DNA of 64,000 nt, from NCBI GenBank assembly GCA_964525295.1, contig CAZGEO010000002.1, positions 193,230 to 257,229 on the forward strand, read 5' to 3'. Position 1 is the stretch's first letter. Every line of letters begins with the position of its first letter. Positions 46,243 to 55,508 of this stretch are shown one piece after another. The stretch comes from an uncultured Candidatus Saccharibacteria bacterium (lineage in GTDB: Bacteria > Patescibacteriota > Dojkabacteria > GCA-002793355). Under the pieces are notes generated by a model that searched no databases, was not told where the DNA came from, and worked only from the letters and a program-made list of their open reading frames with translations. The position numbers were made by a program, and so were the translations under genes.

Positions 46243-47229
46243 ATGAATACAATAATTGAATGCACAAATCTTAGAAAAGAATTTGTATATACGCAAAAAG
46301 ACAAAACAAAGGGATTCTTATCAAACTTGCTTAACCCAGATCGTAAAAAGATAATTGCAGTTGATGGTATTTCACTAACAATTCAACGTGGAGAATCAAT
46401 CGGTTTTATTGGTCCTAATGGCGCTGGAAAGTCGACAACAATTAAAATGTTGACAGGTATTCTTAATCCTACAGCGGGTAGTGTTGTTGTGGCTGGTTTT
46501 ACTCCTGCGGTGCATCGACAATCCTTGAGTTATAAAATTGGTTGTGTTTTTGGGCAACGATCACAATTGGTATTTAATTTACCATCAAGAGATTCTTTCA
46601 TGTTGTTTGGGAAATTGTATGATATCCCCGAAAAAATTTTGAAACAACGAGTTGATGAGCTTATTGCACTTATGAATCTTTCTGAATTTGTTGATCAGCC
46701 AGTGCGCAAGCTTTCTCTTGGGCAACGAATGCGCTGTGAAATCGCATGTTCATTAATTCATGATCCTGAAATCATTTTTCTTGATGAACCAACAATTGGT
46801 CTTGATGTTGTTGCAAAAAAGAATTTGCGTGAAGTATTGCAAATGTTGAATGAAAAGAAAGGTACAACGTTGTTTTTAACCTCTCATGATATGGGGGACA
46901 TTGAAGCCCTATGTCAACGTACAGTTATTGTTAATCATGGCAAAATTGTTGTTGATGAGAAAACAAGTACTCTTAAGCAAAAATATTTGGCGGTGAAAAT
47001 AGTTACTATAGATTTTGAGAAAAAAATAGATTTTTCTGCACCAACTTTTTCGAAAATTATTGAACAAAGTGAATTGCAGGTAAAATTAGAGGTAGATGTA
47101 GCAAGAACTACAATAAATGCGGTGTTACAAGAAATTATGCAGAAATATCCCGTTGTTGATGTTGACATTGATAAACCCACATTAGAGTCAATAATTGGCA
47201 TGATTTATGAGCAAAAACAAGATGACTAA
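46243..47229 (+). CDS. ABC transporter ATP-binding protein (ABC-2 type) with a C-terminal accessory domain.
   Basis: GPNGAGKST. LSLGQRMR. IIFLDEPTIGLD. SHDMGD H-loop. About 100 extra C-terminal residues. Confidence 0.85.
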   Translation: MNTIIECTNLRKEFVYTQKDKTKGFLSNLLNPDRKKIIAVDGISLTIQRGESIGFIGPNGAGKSTTIKMLTGILNPTAGSVVVAGFTPAVHRQSLSYKIGCVFGQRSQLVFNLPSRDSFMLFGKLYDIPEKILKQRVDELIALMNLSEFVDQPVRKLSLGQRMRCEIACSLIHDPEIIFLDEPTIGLDVVAKKNLREVLQMLNEKKGTTLFLTSHDMGDIEALCQRTVIVNHGKIVVDEKTSTLKQKYLAVKIVTIDFEKKIDFSAPTFSKIIEQSELQVKLEVDVARTTINAVLQEIMQKYPVVDVDIDKPTLESIIGMIYEQKQDD

Positions 47230-48037
47230 GTATAGTCTGTTCGCTCATGCGGCTCGGAGCTGGTGGGTATTTTTGTATTCTTCAAAAGATGCGACTTCTT
47301 TTCGTAGTCGATTGGTAATAGATATTTTGATGACATTGTTTAGGGTTATTGTGCTTCTATTGCTTTATGTCAACATTTACAAAGTTGCACCGCAAGTAGG
47401 TTCGATCTTATCGTACGAAGCTGCAATGTGGAGTATTGGTGCGTATTTTGTAGCCCTAGCCTTTAGCGCGAGGCGAATGTATCGAGAAATGTCTACTTTA
47501 GTTCGTAGCGGAAATATTGAACTGTATGTTACACGTCCTTTTAATCTTCTAGTGTTTATGGCATCCAGAATTTTGGGGACAAATATTGTCATGTCAATAG
47601 TGACGGTTACGACACTTCTAGTTTTCTTATTAGTAACAGTTGGTATGCCACCAAATTTTTCGGTAGTTAGTATTGTTAGTGCGGTAATCTTGCTGTTTGG
47701 AGGATTACTCATAGAAACGTTATTGGCTGGTATTGTAGGCTTACTCGCAATATGGATGGAAAATTCAAATCCGATTTGGATGATTTTGGACAAATTTATT
47801 TTGATACTTGGTGGAAGCTATGTGCCGGTAGCGTTTTTTCCGAAAGTTTTACAAGATTTGGCTCGGTATAGTCCATTCGGAGCAACGCGTTTCGTAACTT
47901 TTACGTTTTATCCTGATTTTTTTGATTCGGTGCTAACGCTCTTTGCAGTTCAAATTTTTTGGATTGTAGTTTTACTTGTCTTGGTCATGGTAATTTATCG
48001 TAAAGGAATGAAGTCAATTTTTGTTAATGGTAGCTAA
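47207..48037 (+). CDS. ABC-2 type transporter permease (6 TM).
   Basis: Hydrophobic, 276 aa. Overlaps the upstream ATPase stop. Confidence 0.6.
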   Translation: MSKNKMTKYSLFAHAARSWWVFLYSSKDATSFRSRLVIDILMTLFRVIVLLLLYVNIYKVAPQVGSILSYEAAMWSIGAYFVALAFSARRMYREMSTLVRSGNIELYVTRPFNLLVFMASRILGTNIVMSIVTVTTLLVFLLVTVGMPPNFSVVSIVSAVILLFGGLLIETLLAGIVGLLAIWMENSNPIWMILDKFILILGGSYVPVAFFPKVLQDLARYSPFGATRFVTFTFYPDFFDSVLTLFAVQIFWIVVLLVLVMVIYRKGMKSIFVNGS

Positions 48038-48039
48038 TT

Positions 48040-48843
48040 ATGATTAAGTATCTCAAAAAAACGCTGAGGCAATATCTACTGTATACTGGCGCGAATTTCA
48101 GAAGCGCGCTAGAAATTCGCGCAACCTTTTTTGCCGAAGTCATTGGTATGATGTTCAATAACATCGCGTTTGTAATTATTTGGATCTTCTTCTTTAATAC
48201 AGTTGGTAGTATTAACTCATGGACAGCAGTTGAAGCTATCGGGCTAGAAGGAATGGTAGCAATTGCCTATGGCATAGCGTATGCATTAGCTGGTGGTTCT
48301 AGTGAATTAGCAAAAGACGTGAACAATGGTAATTTCGATAACTTTCTCCTTTCGCCAGTAAATTTGTACGTGCGAATAATTGTTAGCTATTCAAAATTAT
48401 CAGCTTTTGGCGATATTCTATATGGCATCATCCTATTATCCATTTTTGCAGTACTTATTAAAATGTCGGCCATTCAGTTCGTCGTACTACTTTTGCTAAT
48501 TCCTGCAGCTGGCCTGTTATTTGTTAATTTCATGATGGTTGCTGCACTTTTGGCTTTTTTGATTCCGGAGGCAAGTGAGGCTGCAGCAAATCTGGTCGAA
48601 TTACTAATCAATCCGTCGCTTTATCCGACTGGTTTATATAATTCAGGTATGCGCTTTTTCTTTTTTATAATTATTCCAGCACTCGCAATTGGTGGAGTAC
48701 CAGTCGAAATCGTTAGAAATCTAGATTTTGTGCAACTCGCAGTTGTATTGGCTCTTAGCGTATTCTGGTTTCTCTTAGCATATATATTATTGAAATTTGC
48801 TATAAAGAAATACGAAAGTGGTAATTTGATGGGAGCAAAATGA
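48040..48843 (+). CDS. ABC-2 type transporter permease, second subunit (6 TM).
   Basis: Hydrophobic, 267 aa. Immediately follows the first permease. Confidence 0.6.
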   Translation: MIKYLKKTLRQYLLYTGANFRSALEIRATFFAEVIGMMFNNIAFVIIWIFFFNTVGSINSWTAVEAIGLEGMVAIAYGIAYALAGGSSELAKDVNNGNFDNFLLSPVNLYVRIIVSYSKLSAFGDILYGIILLSIFAVLIKMSAIQFVVLLLLIPAAGLLFVNFMMVAALLAFLIPEASEAAANLVELLINPSLYPTGLYNSGMRFFFFIIIPALAIGGVPVEIVRNLDFVQLAVVLALSVFWFLLAYILLKFAIKKYESGNLMGAK

Positions 48844-49415
48844 TGAAATTCGGCATCCAAGGTGGTCGTGGTAGTTTTAATGAATCTGCGTTGAAAGATT
48901 ACGTTACCAGACACCAAATCTCTGATTATGAAACGGTATTTTTATATACAACAGAAAAAGTTCTTTGCGCACTTGATGCTGGCGAAATTGATTACGGACA
49001 ATTTGCGATACACAACGCGGCTGGTGGTATGGTGCAAGAAACGCTTGCTGCAATTTCTCAGCACAATTTCAAAATTATTGAAGAATTCAAGATAAAAATT
49101 ACGCATAATCTGATGAAACGCAAGGATGTTGCTGTTAACGACATTGATACTGTCATGGCACATGACCAAGTGCTCAAACAATGTACGCATAATTTGGCAA
49201 GTAGATACCCACAGTTGACGCAAATAGTCGGTGAAGGCGATTTACTCGACACAGCAACCGCAGCAAAAGCTCTTGCTGAAGGAAAAATTGGTCCTAATCT
49301 TTTCATTCTGGGTAATCCAATTATTGCAGATCTGTTCGATTTTGAAACGGTTGATACTGATTTGCAAGATTTATCAAACAATTTAACAACATTTCTATTA
49401 GTTGAACGAAGATGA
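48840..49415 (+). CDS. Prephenate dehydratase-like protein (PDT catalytic domain only; no ACT regulatory domain).
   Basis: KFGIQGGRGSFNE aligns with PheA KVGYLGPAATFTH. IDYGQFAIHNAAGGMV aligns with VDFAFVPLENALEGSV. The C-terminal TTFLLV sits at the PDT TRF motif position. Confidence 0.55.
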   Translation: MMKFGIQGGRGSFNESALKDYVTRHQISDYETVFLYTTEKVLCALDAGEIDYGQFAIHNAAGGMVQETLAAISQHNFKIIEEFKIKITHNLMKRKDVAVNDIDTVMAHDQVLKQCTHNLASRYPQLTQIVGEGDLLDTATAAKALAEGKIGPNLFILGNPIIADLFDFETVDTDLQDLSNNLTTFLLVERR

Positions 49416-50518
49416 AACAAGAACGAAACGAAATTGAACATAAAGGTAATGCGGTTTCATACCTGCGAAAATATCTTGAAGAAATGAAGGAAATCTTACA
49501 AGATCCATCTAAAGAGTGCACACCAAAAGGAATGGTTGCGAGAGAAATTTTCAGAGAAAATGCTAATAAGTTGCCAATTCGAAATTGGCGGAATGAAGAG
49601 AAGCCTCCTGTTGCACTTCTAGAACATTTGTATGTTTTCGCTAAGACATATTTAGAAGTGACAAATTACCCAAGCAAGCCACAACTCGTAAATGAAGTTG
49701 CAAATGTCATGACTATGTTAATGATTAATAGAATTCATGCACATGCGATTGAAGTAACTAATCATAAATTTCCCCAAAAGAAAGAGCTTGGCCTTCATGA
49801 TCCACCTACAATGGATACTTTCTTGTATCTCGCTGAAAAACTTAAGAGTAATCTTGTGACAAGAATTTATAAGAATGAGTCGAAGGAAGAATCCGAAAAT
49901 AATCCAATTTATAATATAGTTGAAAGGTTTTTGGTAAATCTCTCAAATGATGTAATTAAGAACAAAAAGGATATACATAGTGATTCGATTGAATTGATAT
50001 CTCGTGAACACACCATTGGTTTAGACTTTCCAGCAGGAATTAGGGAATTTGCAAAATCATCCGGAACGGAAGCGGTTCCATTTGAAGTCTTCGATCAATA
50101 CATTGAAGAGAATCTCCTAATTCCATTTAGAGCTCAGCATCCAGAAGAATCAAGCATATTTGTAGAATATCTAGATCATTTGAAATCTCTGAGAGAAAAG
50201 GCCACAAATAGCACAAAAAATTATGAACTGCAATCGAATCTTTTTGATTTCATAATATTATTGAGACACGGTTATTTTGATGAAACTTATGATCAAATTC
50301 ATAGTGATATTTATGGAGCAATACTCCCAGAAGATGCAGTAACAATGTCTAGACTCGCATCGAGATATGCTCGTGCTCGTAGCAAATTCGTCGGATGGTA
50401 TGATCGAAAACGGTACGTGAATGCGAAACTAGATGCCTATGATGAAGGTAGATTGAAAACAAAGCAAAGACCAAACTTTTTAGTCATAATCCGACGGCTT
50501 GCTCGGATGAATTTTTAG
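49412..50518 (+). CDS. Hypothetical cytoplasmic protein (368 aa).
   Basis: Long ORF with no recognisable motif. Its start overlaps the upstream stop. Confidence 0.5.
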   Translation: MKQERNEIEHKGNAVSYLRKYLEEMKEILQDPSKECTPKGMVAREIFRENANKLPIRNWRNEEKPPVALLEHLYVFAKTYLEVTNYPSKPQLVNEVANVMTMLMINRIHAHAIEVTNHKFPQKKELGLHDPPTMDTFLYLAEKLKSNLVTRIYKNESKEESENNPIYNIVERFLVNLSNDVIKNKKDIHSDSIELISREHTIGLDFPAGIREFAKSSGTEAVPFEVFDQYIEENLLIPFRAQHPEESSIFVEYLDHLKSLREKATNSTKNYELQSNLFDFIILLRHGYFDETYDQIHSDIYGAILPEDAVTMSRLASRYARARSKFVGWYDRKRYVNAKLDAYDEGRLKTKQRPNFLVIIRRLARMNF

Positions 50519-50531
50519 CTTTGATGAGTTG

Positions 50532-51122
50532 TTAAAGCCCTATCTCTTCAGCAATTCCCTGCATTGAGGTCAAACAAATTTCTACGAATTTTTCTAGTGG
50601 CAAATTCAATGTATCAGGTCGTTCGCACATAATGACTTCGTTACGACGTGTACCAGCTGCAAATTTTGGTTCTTTTAGGAATCTCTTGGTAACAGACGAA
50701 ACTTTTACCTCAGCGAGTTTTCTTGAAGGATATACGTAGGCAACTGCAGTGATAAGTCCAGTTAGGCTATCCATGCAAAATATTGACCAATCTGCTTTGG
50801 TTTCACTCTTAACCCCAGTTAAATCTGGTGCGTGAGCTTTTACTATATGTTCGACTGAATCGGAAATTTCTAATCCATAAAGAGCAAGTACTTCACGTGT
50901 TTTATGGGGATGAGTAGCTTTGAATTCGCCCGAATAATCGATGTCATGAATCAGTCCAGCAAGTAACCAGTCTTCTTTCGGTGGTTCATTTTTGTCAAGG
51001 AGATTATTACTCTCAAAGTATTCGTAAAGTCCTTTCATGCAAGCTTCGACTGCTTTTGAATGGTTTACAATGCTTGGTTCTAATTGGTTTTCAAGCGCAG
51101 CAAGATATTTTTCTCTGTTCAT
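50532..51122 (-). CDS. HD-domain phosphohydrolase.
   Basis: H...HD metal motif (NHSKAVEA ... LLAGLIHDID) with downstream conserved His and Asp residues. 196 aa. Confidence 0.6.
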   Translation of the reverse strand: MNREKYLAALENQLEPSIVNHSKAVEACMKGLYEYFESNNLLDKNEPPKEDWLLAGLIHDIDYSGEFKATHPHKTREVLALYGLEISDSVEHIVKAHAPDLTGVKSETKADWSIFCMDSLTGLITAVAYVYPSRKLAEVKVSSVTKRFLKEPKFAAGTRRNEVIMCERPDTLNLPLEKFVEICLTSMQGIAEEIGL

Positions 51123-51212
51123 GGAGAATTATAGTTCGAAACGTAATTTTACACAACTTTAAAGTGACCTATAGACTTGACTGGTTTGTCTTGGTCTTAT
51201 ATAATTCAACGC

Positions 51213-53513
51213 ATGAGTTTATCGCGAAGAGACTTTATTAAGGGATCATTTGTACTTGCAACAGGTGCTGCTCTTGCTGGTTGTTTACCAAATGTAAATC
51301 TTGAGCTTGAAATGCCAGTTCCAACTGCGACTAAAGGTCCTGAAGGATTGAAATTTCCAGATGAAAAAACTGAAGAATATTTTTTACGTAGAGGTTTTCA
51401 AGAAGCTGTAGCCGGTTCACTTATTGCTCCAACACTTGATGAAAGATTTTCACAACTAACTCAGCAAGAGCAATTAGCATATGGAATTCTTGGGCGTAGC
51501 CTGTTATTAAGTGGAGAAGGGCTCAAGACTGCGGGGCAATCATTGCCGGATTTGCGTAAAATGGTTCAACTAACACCAGTGCAGCAAGATTTAGTGAAAT
51601 CATTACGCGATCTAGGATTAACAAAAGATGGTGAATTACACTCAGCAAGACAATTTGATATTCGGCATGCTCAATATGATGGGTATGTTATTTATGTTCC
51701 AGCGACCGAATCAGCAACAAATCGTGCTGTATGGATAAAACTTATTGCTGAACCACAGGCTGGAAATCGGGAAGTAACAAACGCAAATCAATCTTTAGCG
51801 CTCTGGAAAGATAATATGGTCAGACAAGGAATTCTGACTCAACAGGAATTGGATATTATCACGTTACATCGAGCTGAAATACCGCGTGTAGATGCAGATA
51901 AGCACAGAAAATTCATTGTTCTCACTACACCACATGTAGGAATTATGTCTGCAGCAGATGCACTCAATTATAGAATTATGTCACCATCAGATACAAAAAG
52001 AGCATTACTTAGCTGGTATGATGGAATTCTGGATGCGCTTGAAAATGATTTGCCAACAGGAATAAAGCAAATACATACTGATCCTCACGTTCGTAATTTT
52101 CAAGTAGATCCTAAAACGGGTAAGTTTTATACTATTGACTTCGATGGTCCAAATTTAATGTTCGCTGATGCAGAAAGTGCAGCTTTGTATCAAGCGCGTA
52201 GATTACTTGAAAAAATGACGCCTATTGCAGATGGTTCAGGACGACATTCATTTAACACGTTAGGTGTTTATATTACCGAAGACGAAATTCTCAGAATCAT
52301 CAATAAAAGATTCGGTTCCAATCATACAAATCTGATTAACTCAATTAGTTCTACAAGATTAACGGTTGTCGGTCCAGACAATATTTCTAGGAAAATTACC
52401 TTACTGTATCAATGCAAAGATCTTAAAGGGGTTCGTGCATCGGGAAAGATTTTGCAAGAGATTGCCGAACAGCAAATTGCAGCGCTTAACGGGATACCAA
52501 CAAAAATGACTGTACAGCTTCCCTTAATTTTGGGAGGCTCACATGAGATTAGTTTTACTGGAATAGCTGCAAAATTTGGCCATACAAACTTTGAAGATGC
52601 AACAAGATTGATGAAATGGAATATGCTTTTGGGTAATCTTGGCGAAATTTCTCAAAAATTGTTTAAGACTTTTGGAGTTGTCAGTGAAGTGTTTGGTTGG
52701 TTACTGTTAGCTTATGAAATAGTTGATGCAGCATCTGTTGCTCGACCAGTTGTTCAGGGTATTGGTATGAATGATTCAGGTTTTCATGGAAACGCCTTGC
52801 AGGTAGATATGAGCGCTTTGCTTTCGAGTCACCCAAGTAGATGTAAAACAGATGCTAAAACGATAGTTGGGAACGCTGATGCTCTTCGTTTACCTGTAGA
52901 GAATAGACCGATTATTGTCAATCAACTTGAAATGCTTTCGCGAGTCATATTACTTCTTGAGTCTGCTTCAGGGATTCCTTTGACCGACATTTCGATTCAG
53001 TCAAAGATTGAACCATTGGGGCAAGATATTTCGCTATTGGCCATACCTGCTAGAGCTGTAGCTGCGGAGATTGAGCAATTGCTAAAAACTATCCCGATTC
53101 CAGTTGCTACACAGTTTTCGACAACTGTTGATATAGCCTTTGGTAGGCAAGACCTTGGAACTTGCGTTTATTCTGTTCATGAGACTGAGGAGGGGGCATT
53201 CAAAGTGAGATTCTATTCAACAGAGACCAATAATCCTGTGGTTTCGCTGGTGTATGATAAAGATATATTTACCAATCAAGGTAAGGTCGTATTGCAACGT
53301 GTAGAAGTCGAATCAACTGATGTGTCTGATACAATTAGTTTTTTGATTGGTCCAGCTAAGTATTACCTCGACCTTCAATCGATTATCAATGACCCAGAGC
53401 AGTTCATTGAAGAAACAAATAAAAACAATGGACAGGTGAGATTTGTTTTAGATAAAGTGTTACAATTAGAGAATGTCAAAATGGCAATTTCCGGAGAGCA
53501 AGCCAACGTCTGA
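51213..53513 (+). CDS. Large lipoprotein with a twin-arginine (Tat) signal peptide, hypothetical (about 766 aa).
   Basis: The N-terminus is MSLSRRDFIKGSFVLATGAALAGCLP. This is an S-R-R-x-F-I-K Tat consensus followed by a lipobox LAGC. The start was moved to an internal ATG. Confidence 0.55.
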   Translation: MSLSRRDFIKGSFVLATGAALAGCLPNVNLELEMPVPTATKGPEGLKFPDEKTEEYFLRRGFQEAVAGSLIAPTLDERFSQLTQQEQLAYGILGRSLLLSGEGLKTAGQSLPDLRKMVQLTPVQQDLVKSLRDLGLTKDGELHSARQFDIRHAQYDGYVIYVPATESATNRAVWIKLIAEPQAGNREVTNANQSLALWKDNMVRQGILTQQELDIITLHRAEIPRVDADKHRKFIVLTTPHVGIMSAADALNYRIMSPSDTKRALLSWYDGILDALENDLPTGIKQIHTDPHVRNFQVDPKTGKFYTIDFDGPNLMFADAESAALYQARRLLEKMTPIADGSGRHSFNTLGVYITEDEILRIINKRFGSNHTNLINSISSTRLTVVGPDNISRKITLLYQCKDLKGVRASGKILQEIAEQQIAALNGIPTKMTVQLPLILGGSHEISFTGIAAKFGHTNFEDATRLMKWNMLLGNLGEISQKLFKTFGVVSEVFGWLLLAYEIVDAASVARPVVQGIGMNDSGFHGNALQVDMSALLSSHPSRCKTDAKTIVGNADALRLPVENRPIIVNQLEMLSRVILLLESASGIPLTDISIQSKIEPLGQDISLLAIPARAVAAEIEQLLKTIPIPVATQFSTTVDIAFGRQDLGTCVYSVHETEEGAFKVRFYSTETNNPVVSLVYDKDIFTNQGKVVLQRVEVESTDVSDTISFLIGPAKYYLDLQSIINDPEQFIEETNKNNGQVRFVLDKVLQLENVKMAISGEQANV

Positions 53514-53904
53514 AGCTCCTCAATATGAAAATTATTCAGCAGATAAAGTGTGGATTTTTCATACTAAAGAAAGTGAACAACGTTTAAAAGATAATGAGAA
53601 AGAATTGATTTCGCTTCTAAATATATCATTTGATAGGCCAGATACGTTTAGCTGCGCTGAAGCGAAACGTGATGCAAAAATTTTAGCATCACGCACGAAT
53701 GAGAAATTTACTGGGGCTGTGTTTCGCCAGGTGTATGCTCGTGATGGCTTCATTTTCGCAATGACTGAAAATTTAGGTATAATCATTGATGCACAGGCCT
53801 TTAATTGTGACGTTCAGGAACTTGAAGGGTATCAATCGTTTGCAGTTTTCGCTTTTATGCGAGCTGATATTGGCGATAAATTACACCAAACGGCTGGTGA
53901 TTAG
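53473..53904 (+). CDS. Small cytoplasmic protein overlapping the 3' end of the lipoprotein gene, hypothetical.
   Basis: 143 aa ORF with no motif. The start codon is uncertain. Confidence 0.3.
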   Translation: MSKWQFPESKPTSEAPQYENYSADKVWIFHTKESEQRLKDNEKELISLLNISFDRPDTFSCAEAKRDAKILASRTNEKFTGAVFRQVYARDGFIFAMTENLGIIIDAQAFNCDVQELEGYQSFAVFAFMRADIGDKLHQTAGD

Positions 53905-54242
53905 AAATTTTGCGTAGCTTTCTTCACTACGAACGCAATAATCTTCGCAATCTTGGCTTCATCGATTTCATCAACTACTTGTATTTCAATTTTTCTGGTA
54001 GTTTTGCCCCCGCCAGCAAACAATTTTTCTTCTTCACTGGTTAAGTTCGCTACGGTAAAGCCGAGATTGACATGATCTTTTAGAGCTACGAGATAGACTA
54101 ACCCATCGTTAAATACAGGAACACCCCACAGCATTGATTCTGTCGCTTCTGGTAGGATATTTTTGATAATTTGATGAAGTTTTTCGCAAATTTCTCGTTG
54201 GGGAGAAGGTTGCTTTGCAAAATAGTCGAGATGTTGAGACAT
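53901..54242 (-). CDS. DUF1801 (YdhG-like) family protein.
   Basis: 113 aa. KDHVNLGF and the overall pattern are typical of DUF1801. Confidence 0.5.
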   Translation of the reverse strand: MSQHLDYFAKQPSPQREICEKLHQIIKNILPEATESMLWGVPVFNDGLVYLVALKDHVNLGFTVANLTSEEEKLFAGGGKTTRKIEIQVVDEIDEAKIAKIIAFVVKKATQNF

Positions 54243-54365
54243 GGATCAAGAGTAGTATTAACTTATGAAAATGCCATTTTAAATTAACACATTCTAGTAT
54301 TGATTAAATGTTTACGCAAACGAGGGAGGTTTCCAGCATTGCTAGGGCTAGAATTATATTAATGA

Positions 54366-55262
54366 TTATTGATTAACGGGATATCCTTTTACAATTGTGT
54401 TTAAAATTTTGTCAGTAAGCTTCCTTTTTGAAAAGAATCTGGGCCTACCTTGCTGCCATTTTGTAAAGTAGCCGAATACTTTATCATCAAATTCGACAGG
54501 GAGATTCTTGAGCACATGTTTAATATCTTCAGAATCAAATTCCTGGCTTAGGAAAAAGAAACAGATAATGTCAGCATTCGCTATCTGTTTCAGCATTTTA
54601 CCATCTTTTAACAGACTGTTATTAATGGTTTGAGAAAGATACTCATAGTTTATCCAAGAAACATGTGGAGGGAAAATGAGAGCGGTTTCATTACTTTGTT
54701 TGCATTTACCAATTTCTTTGACAATCCATTTGTTTGAAGTGCCTCCATTTTTGATTATATTGATTAACTCATTGCAATCATTCTGATACGCATTATTTTT
54801 TTCGAAATGTGTTAATGCACGATCTGTGCAACTTTTTAGCTTTATCGAAAATATTTTACCTGTTGGTATATTGCGAATTGCTCGAATAGTATTTTTTTTT
54901 ATTTTTTCAAAATCATTATCTTTTATCGATTTTACTTCAACGTTGTAGCTATTCTTACCAGCTATAATTTTAAGGTCATTACAATTTTTTTGAGCGAAGA
55001 TGACATTATTATTGGGACCAACAAGTTCTTGTAACCAACCTCGAAAAATTAATTCGCAAAAGAGACCGTTCCATTCACTTTCTTTAGGGTTTTTCTTGTA
55101 GGAATTAAACTTTGATTCAAGAAAATCTTTTTCTTGGGCGGTAGAACACTTTCGATACGCATCTTTTATTATTGATGAAAGTGAATCCTTTTTTATATAT
55201 AGAGGAGTATTTTTGAAAAAGTCTGTATTTTTTATGTCGCTGTCATTGGGGATACTATTCAT
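54366..55262 (-). CDS. AT-rich orphan protein with a possible PD-(D/E)xK nuclease-like motif, hypothetical. It sits directly downstream of tRNA-Ser.
   Basis: Asn/Lys/Ile-rich. E (GLFCELIF) ... D (NCNDLKII) ... EVK (SYNVEVKSIK) spacing is compatible with the restriction-endonuclease-like fold. The start was moved to an internal ATG because the track ORF overlaps the tRNA. Confidence 0.5.
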   Translation of the reverse strand: MNSIPNDSDIKNTDFFKNTPLYIKKDSLSSIIKDAYRKCSTAQEKDFLESKFNSYKKNPKESEWNGLFCELIFRGWLQELVGPNNNVIFAQKNCNDLKIIAGKNSYNVEVKSIKDNDFEKIKKNTIRAIRNIPTGKIFSIKLKSCTDRALTHFEKNNAYQNDCNELINIIKNGGTSNKWIVKEIGKCKQSNETALIFPPHVSWINYEYLSQTINNSLLKDGKMLKQIANADIICFFFLSQEFDSEDIKHVLKNLPVEFDDKVFGYFTKWQQGRPRFFSKRKLTDKILNTIVKGYPVNQ

Positions 55263-55304
55263 GGTAAAGGTACTTCTTGTTAATTCTTTCTGAAAGTTTG
55301 GAGT

Positions 55305-55391
55305 ATTTATCATTCGGAGAGGGGGGGATTCGAACCCCCGATACGGAAAACCGTATGCTACTTTTCGAGAGTAGTGCCATCAACCGCTCAG
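55305..55391 (-). tRNA. tRNA-Ser (anticodon CGA), type II with a long variable arm.
   Basis: Acceptor GGAGAGG/CCTCTCC. D-arm TGGC-TGAGCGGTTGAT-GGCA. Anticodon stem CTACT/AGTAG with loop CTCGAAA. Long variable arm CATACGGTTTTCCGTATC. T-arm GGGGG-TTCGAAT-CCCCC. Discriminator G. Confidence 0.8.
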
Positions 55392-55508
55392 CCACCTCTC
55401 CGTGCTGGTATTGTACTTGATTCCTAGGAGTGGAGCAACCGAATGACGGTCATTACTAACTAATGTGGTATTCGAATAACTTCTTCAAAAATGCTATAAT
55501 ACACCGTT

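Noticed and set aside
46107-46304. A 65-aa minus-strand ORF overlapping the start of the ABC-2 ATPase gene.
   Set aside because: It overlaps the promoter, RBS and start region of a confident gene, it has no RBS of its own, and it is hydrophobic only by chance in AT-rich sequence.
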